From the NCBI GenBank assembly GCA_000165425.1, contig CT868044.1, positions 62,001-126,000 on the forward strand: a stretch of DNA of 64,000 bases, in the 5' to 3' direction. The notes under the pieces are model-generated. The model did not search any database and was not told where the DNA came from. It saw only the letters and a list, made by a program, of their open reading frames with translations. This DNA is from Paramecium tetraurelia (Eukaryota). Numbering within the stretch: the first letter of the stretch is position 1; every line of letters begins with the position of its first letter. Of the stretch, positions 1 to 13,206 are shown piece after piece. The translations under genes and the position numbers were made by a program.

Positions 1-1302
1 ATTCTAATATTCAATGTTTTCATTCAAAGTCTGATAATTAGTAGTTTCCTCTTCTTTAAATGATAAATTAATTGACTTTAAAATCTAAACAATATAACTC
101 TTCTTTTCAGCATACTCTTACAATAGTCCCTCAACAGTTTCAAATTCCATCTGCATAGCACTTTGGTGAATCTATTAAAGTAATTTCTAAATTTCATCGA
201 ATTACATATGTAATTAAGATTACAAAGCATCACTAGGCTACACGTTTTCTAGTTCTCTAGTTTTCTTAACCAATTCTTCCTTCAGTTATTGTATTTGAAG
301 ATTCAACTTAGTAATCTCTTCTCCTGAATATTCTTTATTGACATGAGCCTTAACTTTTATTTGCTTAACTCTCTCTGCAAATTTCAAAGTTGAAATGCTT
401 TCCTCTTCGTGCAATGGATTAACCGCAGCCACCATGAATGTCTTAGAATTGCCTCCGAGTGAATCTTTCAAAAGAGTAGTTAGTTTAGAATCTCTAAATG
501 GGATATGAATTTTATTATTTCCTTTTTCTCTCTCTACGATTGCATAAATGACCAATCCAAGCTGAGTCAAACTTTTATTTATAGCTTGAGTTTCCTTCAA
601 TCTTTGTCCTTCTGTTTATGCCGTTTTCTAACGCTCAGATCCAGCCAAATCAACAAAGTACATTTTCGAATATAAATGAACTTCACATTTTTCTTATTAA
701 ATCGAAGTAGAATATTGAATTAAAAAGACTGCATGACTTCTTGAACTTTCACTATTCATCTTAGTAGCCGCGATGTGTCTATTAGAATTGCCCTTTCTTA
801 GCAAGGCTATAGCTTCATCGTAATTTGAAATGACAGCAGCATTCAAGTTTTCGACATAAATCCCTTTCTTGGGATCCTCTCTTATTTGTAAAGAAGTTGA
901 AGACGATGAAAGCAGATCAAATATCTACTCGTTGTAGATCTCTAGATAAGAACCTTTGATGATGACACTGTGATCCTCAATAGAACAAGCAAAAATGTAT
1001 TGTAGACATTGTGGAAGCAATCCATCATTATTACCAATTAAGGTGTGAGTTTTGCCACTTCCAGTCTAACCATAAGCAAAGACACACCCATTATAGCCTT
1101 ATAAAGCATTGTTAATCAGTGGTTGTCCTATCAATGTGAATACATCCTATTATGAAGCCCTTGGAGGAATCACATGATCGTAACGATATTGCTTGTTCGA
1201 TATTGATAATGCGGTTGAATCGCACTCGTCAACCTAAATACAACCTGATTCAGGCTTTACTCTTACTATAACTTAGATGTTATTTTGACGATATTCTAAC
1301 AT
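1..1302 (-). CDS. Kinesin motor protein with N-terminal motor domain; 3' end runs off the window
   Basis: Code-6 reading from ATG 1302: MLEYRQNNIQVIVRVKP..., FAYGQTGSGKTHT, NSESSRSH, FVDLAGSER, HIPFRDSKLTTLLKDSLGGNSKT, then coiled coil. Confidence 0.95.
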
Positions 1303-1544
1303 GTATATTTTATAATTCGAATTAAAATCAATTATAATGCTAAATAATTAGATTAATTTCACTTCTAATAATCACCTTCTTATTTTTCAACTTCAGTTCT
1401 CATTTATTTACAATGTTCCAATCCATTCATTCAGAATTCTCATCGAATCATATCAATGGAGCCACGGTATTGATCAGGTTTCTGTGAATTTATTTATTGA
1501 AAATCACCTACGAATTATTATTATTTATTAATTATTTAAAATAG

Positions 1545-1806
1545 ATGCAAATATTCATTAAAACTTTGGCAGGCAAGAAGGTCTCATACAACATAGAATC
1601 TGATAATACTATTCAATAACTTAAAATGCAATTATAAGAGAAAGAAGGAATTAGCTCAGAATAATTTAAGGTATTTCTCCATACATTAAATAATTTAGCT
1701 GATATTTAAGGGAAGACATTTGTAAGAAGAATGTAAAATTTCTGATGCTTAAATGTAAGCTGGAGACACCGTCCATATGGTCATTTAATTGAGAGGAGGT
1801 TTTTGA
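1545..1806 (+). CDS. NEDD8: NEDD8/Rub1-like ubiquitin-like modifier
   Basis: MQIFIKTLAGKKVSYNIESDNTIQQLKMQLQEKEGISSEQFK|LIFKGRHL...VHMVIQLRGGF*; 28-nt intron 1671-1698; single UBL ending LRGG plus one residue, position 72 is not Arg. Confidence 0.85.
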
Positions 1807-2249
1807 TATATAAGAAATATCATTTAAAAATATCTGTATATTTATATTTTTATTTCCTTGAATCCTTTTTTTAAAAGATTTAATAATAAATCATCAAGTA
1901 AACTTTGAAAACTCCTCCAACAATATCAATATAAATGGTTATTTTAAAGCTCTAATGGTATTCAAGCCCTCTTACTGAATACTATGAAAAGGATTAAAAT
2001 TTTATTTTGTTGATAAAGTGTTTATCTATAAATTTACTTTTTTTGAACCAATTAAACCTTATATCTTAGAACAAATAAATAATTATTTTAGTTTTAATAA
2101 ATAATTTAAATTAATTTCAACTAACTTTGAATAACTATACTTTCAATAATAAAATGATAGATTATTCAAATTTAGAGAAATTTAATTTAATAGATTATGA
2201 AATTAAAATTAAAGGATTAATATATAGTTGAAATTTAAATATAATGAGA

Positions 2250-3480
2250 ATGAGTGACTTTTATTTAGATTATTTAATAAAATGATCCAAATATATGAAA
2301 AACTCATCATCATTTATCTGAAATCAATTCTCCTTAAATCAATTGATAATATTAGACGTTTTTGCCAATTTTATATATATTAAGGTTTTATTTGTTTCTC
2401 ATCCCTTTTCAAAATCTTTTTATGAGATAACAAATAATGTATAATCTGTTCATAATTCTAAGAGACTTAAGTTATCAAGAACGTATTAGAAACAGTTATT
2501 TATGAAACGGCTTTCACTTAGAAATTTAAAAATAGAATTCTAATAAAAAAGATTGCCGTTTCGTTTGGCTTATATGATATCTAGAATGAAGTGATTTATT
2601 TATAACAAAGAAATTCTTTTATTAATTTTGAAATCATGAAATGTGATCTATGTAAAATCTAATGATTTTGGATTCTATTCAAGTTCTCAAATGTAATCAG
2701 GTATTGTTCATATATAATATTTAAAGAATAATTAGCTCATTAGGTTTAAGTGTTAAGAATTCTTAAAGACTAAAATTTTATCGTTATACCAAATTAATTC
2801 AACCAAAAGCAACTAAATATTCCAAAGATTATGTTTATTATATGGTTGCAAAGAATTGAACATATAAAAATTAGGAGATTAGATAAACTTGTTTATTAAT
2901 AATTATCTTAAAAAATTAGTTTATTCCTTATAGACTTATTTATTCCACAATAAGTCTTCCTAATACCTTTCCTTAATGAGCAAAAGCATATCTGATAGGA
3001 TTGGTGAATTTATCTTGATATAAGAACTTTATCTCAACTTTTGGTTAATCTATTTAGGTTTTTTATTTCATTTTCATAACAGAAGGATCTTAAATTGTCT
3101 CTATATGAAGTAATTAGTCAATAAAATTAGCTAGCCATTATTGTTATAATAAATTTAGAATCAGAACAACGTTGGTTGCAGATTCTTAAGAACTTCTAGA
3201 ATATTTAATATAACTTTCTTACATATAAGACTTTTAGTAGTTTTACCAATAAACTTCTTCAAGAGGTTATATAAAACTCTGAAAACTAATTCAAGAATTT
3301 GATGTATTCAATGGTGCACACAGATGTATGTTTTTTAGAATTATGTATATAAGTATAAAAGCCCTAGATTTCAAAATAAACATGGCTCTTAAATCCAAAA
3401 TTAGCCGATATTGCGTTCATTCATTCAATAATTCCTTAACATCAAGATTTATTGAAATGAAAAATAGTAGCTTTCTTTTT
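2250..3480 (+). pseudogene. Possible decayed gene with kinase-like fragments
   Basis: Long stretch with coding-like patches but TGA in all frames; fragments such as SLYEVI, VHTD/AHR and KLADIAF resemble kinase subdomains. Confidence 0.25.
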
Positions 3481-3625
3481 GGATTTTAGTTCATTTATTT
3501 AATCTTTGATTATTTGAGTTGATTTTCTGATGAGTATTCTTTTTAGATGTTGTTTCTTCATATTAATTTTACTCTTTATATTATTTATAAAAAAATTAGA
3601 ACATTAAATCTAAAATTACTTAATT

Positions 3626-4552
3626 ATGATTCAAGGAGCTTAGACCGACTTCATCCATGTATTTTATTGATATAATATTGGTTATAATAGATCTTAAAGA
3701 AATATAAAAAAAGTAAAAGGTACTCTCAATTATAAGAATTGCATATTCAATGTAAGATTGGCATTCAACTTAATCTAGGTATCGTTGATGAATTGAAAGG
3801 AGAAATCAAAGAGGAGAATTTTAACAAATTTTTTGACATCTTGCAAAGTTCATTAAGCACTATAGGGTCTTTTAAGTTTTTAGTACTTTGTCACAAACTG
3901 ATCTATTAACTCTAGTAAGAATTCGCTAGCAGATTTATTCAAAATAAGCTAATTCCTGGAGATGACACAGATAAGTCCAGGTTGGCTATTTACTATTATA
4001 ATTTCTTATTCAAATTATGCGAAAACTTTGATTACTACAAAGAAGTCATAGAGTTTATTGAAACTGATAATATTGTCAAGTTCTTGAAATACGAATTAAT
4101 TGTTCAAATCCAAATATTATATCCCTTGGCCTAGATGCTGTAGGAATTGTCTTAAGTAATATATTCAATTTTTATCAGGTTGTAAAATTATTAGATTACT
4201 TGCTTTGCAGAGAATCACCACTCCTTCTCCAATTGGGGACTTGCATTTTGAAAGACTTTTGCGTCATTTACAATTTCTTATCCACAGCTATGCAGGAATT
4301 GCAAAGTAGAAGTTGTTTATAAATGTCTTAGTATTTATTTTGAAGGTTCCTGTTAAAGAAGCAAAAGTGCTATATCAAGTATATCAAATCACAATTCAAA
4401 TGACCAAATGCATGAAGAGACTGTAATAGCTTAAACTCTACTCTAACTTTAAATAACCGCATTACTTCATTATCACTATTGAATTGAACAAGAAAATCGA
4501 ACTCCACATGTTAAACTCCATAAAACTCTCTAACATTGAAATTAGTATATGA
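3626..4552 (+). CDS. Alpha-helical protein, ANTH/ENTH-like (tentative)
   Basis: Open code-6 frame after removing 4 tiny introns; FKFLVLCHKLIY resembles the ANTH KxLxxxHxLL helix; ends EISI*. Confidence 0.65.
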
Positions 4553-4571
4553 CATATATACATTTTTATAT

Positions 4572-4913
4572 TCAAAGATTCACCTTCTTCTTCACTGAGT
4601 CCATATCTATAATTGAGCTTTCACTAATTATATCACATCGTACTTGGCTCTGGATAATCAGATCTTTGTGCTAGATTATCACTTGCAATTTCTAAATCTC
4701 CTTTTAGCATTAATCAAGCTCGGCCTTCGTCCTATTGTTTTTGCGTCTTTATTTATTAGGCACTTTTATGTTACTCTTTAATAATTCATTCTCCTCCCTC
4801 AACAACTTCAATTGTGTCGCAACTATATCCAACTCATTCTGAAGCCTGGCCAATTACTCCTCCAATAAAAGTCTCTCATTCAACACTGCCCTGCAGGAAT
4901 CACAATACTCCAT
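4572..4913 (-). CDS. Small coiled-coil protein of unknown function
   Basis: MEYCDSCRAVLNERLLLEEQLARLQNELDIVATQLKLLREENELLKS... heptad pattern; 3' end uncertain. Confidence 0.65.
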
Positions 4914-4953
4914 TTATTTTAAATTAAATTAAATATCTAAAATTAAGAGCATC

Positions 4954-5313
4954 TCAAAAATCTGTTACTCTTCCCCTTCCAATCCAATCTCCATATCTAG
5001 TTGGTTCTGGACCTTTGACTTTGAATCCTACCTCAGGAGGCATCCCATTTTTATCCAATTCATATGGCTTGCCTTGACTCCCACTCTATTGATTCTAGCT
5101 TATCTTGTATTTTGCAATCAACTCCTTCAATTCCTTAGCCTTCTCGATTTGTTCTTGCACTTCCCCTTTTTCATTTTCTTTTAAGAATCCTAAAGGATTC
5201 ATCAATTCATCCATTTACTTTTGGGAAAGTTGAGCACCCATAACACTCGAAGGTTTTGGGGGAGCCTTCTTCGATGTACTAAACAGCTACTTGCACACTA
5301 GCCTCAATCTCAT
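4954..5313 (-). CDS. SDHAF4: Succinate dehydrogenase assembly factor 4 (Sdh8/DUF1674)
   Basis: Intronless 119-aa ORF with basic presequence-like N-terminus (MRLRLVCKQLFSTSKK) and C-terminal signature KGPEPTRYGDWIGRGRVTDF*. Confidence 0.93.
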
Positions 5314-5508
5314 TTAATTTTTATACAAATATTAATTATATAAAAATACATGTGTCTAAACATCATTACATAATTGAAACTCTCTAACTGCACTCCGCTA
5401 TCCTTATATGAAATAAAATAGATTTATTATTACGAAAATTATTTAACTTAATTTTAACTCTCATAGAAATTCTGCTAATTTTATTAGTGTAATTGTTAAA
5501 TTAAATTT

Positions 5509-6322
5509 ATGTAGCTTCGAAGTGGAAAATTAAATCAACCTCCAAAAAGATAATACATCTCTCCATATCAAATATTTTATAAAGAGCAACTAAAAATATT
5601 GTTGAGTTAAGGAGTAGGTATAAATATGGTTGGCGCTCAAATCTAAAAGGCATGGTCGGAAATGTCATCTGAAATGCATGAATATTACGAAGATTAATTT
5701 GAATAATGTGAAGACAAATATTAGGAGCAGCTCATCTACTTTTATGGAGGAGATCAAAAACAAATCAACCAATTGAATGAACTCAAAAATATACCTTCAA
5801 AACCTAAAAGGCCTCTCACTCCTTAATTTGAGTATGTAATTAAAAATAGACACAAATTTTCATCTAAAAATTATAATTGGAAATAGTCCTTCTCACTTTT
5901 GGTTGATGAATATTGTAAATAATCACAACGAGTTCGAGAGCAATTGGAGGTAGATTTCGAAAGGAAAATGAAAGATTACAAAGAGTCAATTGAAAAATGG
6001 AATGAGTAAAGAATATTATGTAATTATTAGAAAGTATGCTGAAAAGTATAAAACCTTAAAAAAAAATACTATCGAAATTTACAAAAAGCAAAAGAATGAC
6101 GATGAATTCGAATATCAAGAACTACAATTTGTCAGGACTGTTAGAAAACTCAGTTCAAATAAAAAAGACGAATAGACTTAAAATTATAGTGGTTGTAAGG
6201 ATGACAAGAGTAATCATATAAGAAATGAGGATTTTGGTCTGAGAGAAGTAGATACAAATATCGAATAACTTGCAGAAGAGAGCTAATTAGTAGGATCGAA
6301 AAAATCGAAGAAGGCAAGATGA
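5509..6322 (+). CDS. Protein with two HMG boxes
   Basis: MQLRSGKLNQPPKRQYISPYQIFYKEQ...KAWSEMS...YYE and KPKRPLTPQFEYV...DYKESIEKWNE; one 25-nt intron near 6006-6030; an upstream in-frame ATG at 5350 is possible. Confidence 0.85.
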
Positions 6323-6439
6323 CATTAAAGAAAATATTTTTTTTATCTAATTTTTGCTACAATGTTTCTATCTTCTTGATGTTAGTTTGAATTATTGATG
6401 CTGTAAAGATGAATCTTGCAGTATATGATAAAAACAATA

Positions 6440-6795
6440 TCAATCACTATCATTGTCTAAAGTTTTATTTTAAGCAAAATATTGTCTAGCATACTGTTTG
6501 GATCTCATAATACCAGTTTCTGAAAGGCACTTAGTCTTTTACGGATTGAATTTTTGATGATGCGATCTTATAGTGTTCTTATATACCTACACTAACTTGG
6601 AGTTCTTGTCCCTACAATTTAACTCATTTTCTTAAATAATCTTTAACCCTTAGAGTGATTGTTATTTTCTTTAAGAAATCTAAGATAAGTATTGTGCTCT
6701 ATTTCATTCCAGTGTCCTTGTTTTTTCAGTATTTTCTTTGATCCCGGTAGGAGTTCATTAGATTGTTTCGTTGCTTCAGAATCATTTTATGCCAT
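6440..6795 (-). CDS. Single Myb-like (SHAQKYF-class) domain protein
   Basis: GHWNEIEHNTYLRFL...FKKMSQIVGTRTPSQCR|SHHQKF; one 20-nt intron. Confidence 0.88.
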
Positions 6796-6898
6796 TAATT
6801 TAGAATTAAATATACAAATATACAAACAGAATGAATAATCAATTGCACCGAACTCTTTAATAATATTTATTTAATTATTTTTAACTGCTAAAAAATAA

Positions 6899-7165
6899 AT
6901 GGGTGTAACATGCTCTTAGCCCAAAAAATCGAATTTGACAATCACCATAAGTTCAGAAAATGAAGATCCAAATTTCGAGATTAAAAAACTTCTGAGTGAG
7001 GAGAGAATAACGAAACTTCGAAAAACATTTCCATCTCCAACAAAAACATATGAATCCTATTTCCTTAGTTAAATTAACAATGATAAAACAATCAATATTA
7101 ATAGATGCTGTGATGAAGAAAAATTTCATAAATCAAGTAAATTGGGTGTTCCACTTATTTGTTGA
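6899..7165 (+). CDS. Small protein with N-terminal MGxxCS acylation-like motif
   Basis: MGVTCSQPKKSNLTITISSENEDPNFEIKK...; 88-aa code-6 ORF; its 3' end overlaps the ArfGAP CDS. Confidence 0.5.
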
Positions 7166-7567
7166 GGTTATTTTATATCTTGGATTAAATCAATTAAATT
7201 TTCTTATTATTTATTTTACTAACTATAGATTGGAGTTTCATAAATTATAACTGAAGAGGGACCATCATTGAAATAATCAGAATAATCCATAATATTCATT
7301 TATTATTATTAATTTTGGATTGCGGGAGAAGGCTTTTAATTAATATTATTTTCAAAAGAAAATAAATCTTGAGAATTGTTATTTTAATTCACTGTTGTTT
7401 ATTTTTAATTTTAACCATCTGTCTAAAACTAATAAAACTATTATTGATTATCTACAAAATTATTAACCTATTATTACTATTATTAATATTATTATTATTA
7501 TTATTCTTAGTATTATTATTATTAGTATTACTATTATTATTATGGCCATTGTAATTATGGTTAATAC

Positions 7568-7662
<95 letters not shown>

Positions 7663-8445
7663 TTATTTTTCTTTTCCAATTACTTAATCAGCTTTAGATT
7701 TTATAAAGCCAAAAGCCTCATTGAATCCACTTTTTAAACTCTAATATGCTTTATCTGCAACTTTTGATGATTTTTCCTATTAATTAAAATAAGGATATAC
7801 TCCAAATTATTTAGTTTTAGCTGAGATTTGTTATCCCAATTAAACTGCCTCTTCTTTAATTTGAACTTTAGATATCTTCTCATCAATCATTGCGAAAGCT
7901 TCTTTTGTTGATTTAGATGCTTATTCCCAAAACTATTATAGGCATCGATGTAGTACATTTTATTCAGGAGAGATATCTTGTTAAATTTGAGTTTATTATT
8001 ATTATTATATTTATGGTTTTGGGATCTCTTGTATTGCTGTCCAATCAATTGGTTCTTCAGGAATTGGTGTTTCGTTAACTAAAGCTCTCATCTAAATAAT
8101 ATACAATTTTAAGCTTACTTTTTCTCTATAATAATGTGCAGCATTGGTTTTCCATTTGTTTGAATCTGTAATTTAAATTCCATGAGATTAGAAGAAGATC
8201 CTTAATTCTTGATTTCCACCTAATTGCATCATAGCTAATTATTTATCAGTCCAGGAATCCATTTCAATTGATCTAACAAATGTGAGATGCACACCCATCC
8301 CTCTATGAAATCCTGAACAATTGTAACAGAGATAAATTCCATAAGGCAAACTAGCCCAAGTTGGACTACCAGTTTGACACTCAAAACAATATCTATTTTC
8401 TCCAGTTTGCAATTTTCTGATATGAGCAAGTGCATTATTATTCAT
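7126..8445 (-). CDS. ARF GTPase-activating protein (ArfGAP1-like) with polyQ tract
   Basis: CFEC-x16-CYNC zinc finger, SGFHRGMGVHLTFVRSIEMDSW, MQLGGN; Q-rich C-terminal half ending NLIDL...NLLDL*. Confidence 0.93.
7567..7659 (-). repeat. (TAA)30 plus TAG trinucleotide tract encoding polyglutamine
   Basis: Pure TTA/TAA microsatellite in the ArfGAP frame (GKEKQE then 31 Gln). Confidence 0.9.
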
Positions 8446-9229
8446 TTTAATTAATATTTAAATAGTAAGTACACGTTCATGTATAAAATGATTTTAAGTA
8501 GAATACACAATATAATCTAATTTTATGTTAATTCCAAACTAATAGAAAGTTAGACAGTAATTTTATACTCATTATGATATTGTAGTCAAATTAATATCTA
8601 TTATAATTAACCAGTTTATTCTATTGGAAATGAATTCTCTTCTAAACATTAATAGGCATGTAAAATTTAGATGAGTGTTTTGAAAAATGGTTTGAAGGGA
8701 TGAATTTGACATTTTAAATTAATCATAAAGAATATCAGGAAGGCTAAACACATTCTTGTAGTTATTTATATGGAAACTTGTGTATTTTTCTTTGAAGACT
8801 TAATCAAAGGAGTTCTTATGTAAAATTTATAATATATGAATTGAGAAATCACACTAACTCATTTTGTGGGGGGGGATGTAATCATTAAGAAGAATAAGGA
8901 ATGAATGAATTTTGAACATCAATATAATGTTCAAGCAATAAGATTTAGTAGATGAAAACAATCACAATAATTATCAATTCATAATAAACAATTGATTCTG
9001 ATATTGGAATTACTTAATATAAATGAAGGAGGTGAAGTTGGTTAAGATAAGAATTAGAATTTAATAGGGAATTTAACTTGTTTTACATTAAGGTTATTAG
9101 GCTTCTTTCGATGGAGTAGATAATAATATTTGTAGTTCTGTGGAGTTGGTCCATAATAATTAATGTATTGCTCTCACCGGGGTATTGAAAGACGTTGTTT
9201 GATTGCAAATTTTAAGAATTATTTAAAAC

Positions 9230-10340
9230 ATGATTAATATTGAAGAGTGTCCGACTTTAAGACCTACTCAGTAAGAGTTTGAAAACTTCTATGAATACAT
9301 AGAGAAAATTGATAAATAGTATTCGGCAAACTTTGGCATGGTGAAAGTAATTTCTGACATTTGAATAAATCTCAGGTCATTCCCCCTAAGAACTTCAGAG
9401 TTCGTATGCAAGATTATAATAAAACGCTTGACAATCTCATCATCAATGGCCCCATTGAGTAGAATGTCTATGGAAAAGGAGGTAATTATGAATGTCTTCA
9501 CATTCTGAAAAAATCTATGCCTTTAAAAGATTACAGAAATAAATAAATCGAGATTGATAAATAACAAGAAAAACTCACTTCTGATTAATTTGAGAGATTG
9601 TTCTGGAAAAGTCTAGCCTTTAGTCCTCCATTGTACGGAGCTGATATTAAATTATCATTAATGGATGTTAACAATCCATGGAATCTGAATAATGTTACAA
9701 GTCTTTTAAATTATGGACTCAAAAACAAAATACCTGGAGTGAATGAGCCGTATATTTATGTTGGTTCCTGGAAAACCTTTTTCGCTTGGCATAAAGAGGA
9801 CCTTGACTTATGCAGCATCAATTATCTCCATGTCGGGAAGGATAAGTATTAAACAATTATTATTTCTATAGGTTTTGGTATTCGATTCCTGAATCTGACA
9901 GCCACTTGTTAGAAAAATATGCAAAGTAAACATATGGAGATCATTTCAATAAATGTTCGGAATTCTTGAGACATAAAACAACAGTAATAAATCCATACTT
10001 GTTGAAAGAAAAGGTTCCAGGAATTCGAATCTCAAAGACGTCTCATCATGAAGGTGAATATATATTCATTTTTGCTGGAGCCTATCATTAAGGCTTTAAC
10101 TGTGGATTCAATATTGCAGAAGCTGTCAATTTAGCGACACTAAATTGGTTACCTTTACTTTTAAAGGCTAAAGCATGCAAATGTGTAAAGGACAATGTGA
10201 AAATTGATATGACATCATTTGCTGAGAATCTATAAAGGTCAACCCTATATAAGGAGAACGAGAAAGTTTTAGACTTCGTTGAAAAAACAAAAAACATATC
10301 AAAAATACTACACAAACCAATCAAAAAAGTGAAGATGTGA
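9230..10340 (+). CDS. KDM4: JmjN+JmjC histone lysine demethylase, KDM4/JMJD2 type
   Basis: PTLRPTQQEFENF...GMVK|VIPP (JmjN); FWKSL..PLYGAD, IPGVNEPYIYVGSWKTFFAWHKED, FLRHK, YHQGFNCGFNIAEAVN; Fe-binding HxE..H intact; 2 introns. Confidence 0.95.
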
Positions 10341-10466
10341 TTTAATTAACCATTCAATTTAAACAATTTTTTAAAAAAATTACTTTTGAATATAAAAGAA
10401 AGTAAAACAATTTTCAAATTAAATTAAAAGATTGATCAACATAAATTTTGAACTATAAAAATAGAC

Positions 10467-12453
10467 TCAATAATATCGCTAAATATGGTATCATCTATTT
10501 ACATGATAAGGGGCAATATTTAAACTGCTGTCTTTTAATTTTTCTTAATGCCATTATCCTACTTTTACGCCATCTTAATATTAGCCTTAATGAAGTATTG
10601 TGTTAATCCTACAAAAATATTCATGTCATTACTGTGAAAAGTCATCATCTTGTTCTATCCAGAAGCCATTTTTCAAATTTGCTTAATTGTATGATCCACC
10701 TCCGCTGAAATTTTAGATTACATATTACATATTATCAAATGAATATCTTTAAGAGAATCTAAACAGGATTTCCCATTGACCAATTTTTCTCCCTCTGTCA
10801 TATTGGCCTTATAAAATCAGCTCATTCTAACTAATTAAATAACTCATTTTCATACTTCCAAAATCTTTCAGTCAACTCTTTCCAAAGACCAATCTTCTAG
10901 CCTCGCTCATCATAAGATCCTCCAGCACTTATTAGAATCTATGTATTGATAGATTTACATTGATTCAACTTAACTAAAAGCTTCTCGTTTGTATTTTATT
11001 TCCCATTTCCCAATCTTATGATTTTTCCTATATTCTCCCTGATAAATAACTTCTCTAAAAGTTCTCATAGATAAAAACAAACAAAACCTGCAAAAACTAT
11101 CATCCAATTCTAACCAAACACCTACTTTAAGGCCCTAATCATCATAAAATCCATAGCCACTAAGTTATTCTATTATACTGATTTTTTACATTTTTTCCGG
11201 TTCTGTGTCTGTTTACTCTACCTTCTGACAAGATATTTCCCATTTTCCAACTTTTATTCCATTCCTGTATTATCCTTCAGAGATAATCCAGCAATCTCTA
11301 CTTATAATTTAATGAATCAAACTCAGAAAACTATTCGCATGGCTCCACCCATTTGCCGTTTTTACAACCTTGCCCATCATACACTCCACATCCTCTATTG
11401 TTTAATAATATATCTACATTAACTTAGATGGCCGATTGCTATATATCTAATAATTAAAATCCCAAATCCCACATTTCTTCTCTCCTCTATATTCTCCACA
11501 ATAACTAATTTGAGCAGATCTAAAATATGAAGTTGTATCATATAAACTCTTTAAAATGATCACTTGCTTGCACCCATTTACCATTCTTTTTCCCTTATTT
11601 GTCATAGTACTACTAACCTCTATTTTGAAGATATATTGTTTATGATTTACATAATTTCAAATGGCTAATTCTATTTTTTCTTGCAGCCATTTAGGTTAAG
11701 AAATATTGGTAACCTTTTTTTAAGGCTTTCCCAACCATCGATCTTTTAGCCATCTAAATATTCCCCAAAGTAAAGTATTTAATTATCGCTATATTAATGA
11801 ATATCGATTAACTTAAATTTACCAAAAGAATGTATTGCTCAACTCTTACCATAGACCAGTCTTCTAGCCTTGCTCATTGTAACACCCTCCACCACTAAGG
11901 TTGATTGAATTTCTAAAGTTAATACATACGACTATTTTCATAGATTATATTCCAAATAGCAATTCTTAGATCATCTTTATATAGTCCTTCTTCATAGATT
12001 TAGGTTTTTCTAAAAGTAGTTAAACCTGCTTTACTCAGAGTAATTCTTAAAAATTTCTTTCCATTGTCCTTATTTCTTGCCTCTATTGCAATACTAACCT
12101 CCGACATCTAACAAAGCTTGGTTGTTCCATTTAGCTGACCATATCCCTACTTTTTTTTTTTCTTCATAATTTCCAACCCATTAAAAAAATTTTATCTGCC
12201 TCAAAATAAAGTTCGCTGGAATATCATCTTATTAATAAAAGAACATCTCGCTAGTTTTGATATCACTAACTGTTAACCTTTTAATGATTGTTCCATTTTC
12301 TTTTACTATTAACAGATCATTATTGTTGGTTTTTATGATTTTAAATTTCTCCTTTATAGGGAATTTCTCCATTTTGTCAAAACACTCAAAATCTATTACA
12401 TTATTCTATTAAGTAAAGAGCTAATCTTATAATTGAATATCTTAAGCGTCCAT
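10467..12453 (-). CDS. Repeat protein with MORN-variant-like GxY..GxKxGxW units and about 14 introns
   Basis: Recurring units GGxY...GxKxGxWxEL...F and IYxGxY..GxKxGxW stay in frame once tiny introns are removed; 3' end approximate. Confidence 0.75.
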
Positions 12454-13206
12454 CAAATTGTAATTAAATTTAATGATTATGGTTATTTATAATTTAATGA
12501 CTTAATTTCATTTATCTTAAATAGAATTCTATGCAATATTTGATTGGATTTATGGAGAGCTCCTGGGATTCAGAGACATATGGGAATAGCCAATTCTTTA
12601 AATATATTTACTCTTATTTAGAAATTATTAATTTAACATTATTTTTCTGTAAATTATTTTTGTCCATAATGATCTATGAGAGATTTCTTTTGTTTTCTTT
12701 CGAATTCATAACCAATATCTATTATTGCGTCAGAAAAATTAATTGAGAGCATTGAATACTTTTTGAAGAATAAAGTGGTTACTGAATCAACTATTTAACT
12801 ATCTTCCATGATATTGAGTTTGGATCAAAGTTTTATGAAAATTAAATTATAAATCGAGTTTTTGTGATTTATGAAAATTGATAAAGTTAAGAATTATAGT
12901 AATTCTTAATTATTAACTGACAGCGGAAGGTTGAATGTCTTTATTTTGATTATTAGATAATTTGAAATATAAAAGAAATTATTTTTTATTTTGTCTTAAA
13001 ATCCTCAGTAAATAATTATAATTTAATCGGAAAATGGATAATAGATCAACAATTTTAACCATATTTTGCATCAAAGAAACCATAATATTACAATCAATGA
13101 ACAGTTGCTGCGAGAATGAAATTTATACAAAGAGATGAAATGAAAATTTTAACAATATTAAATTTCTCTAAATCTCCATTATAATAGATAAATAGATAAT
13201 TTGCAA

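Noticed and set aside
7369..7679. Poly-Asn ORF (7452-7679 -) and poly-Leu/Ile ORF (7369-7554 +) in the ORF track
   Set aside because: These are off-frame or antisense readings of the TAA polyQ tract inside ArfGAP.
8866..8876. G8 run in AT-rich intergenic DNA
   Set aside because: It is a single G tract with no telomeric G4T2/G3T3 repeats or four-tract quadruplex pattern.
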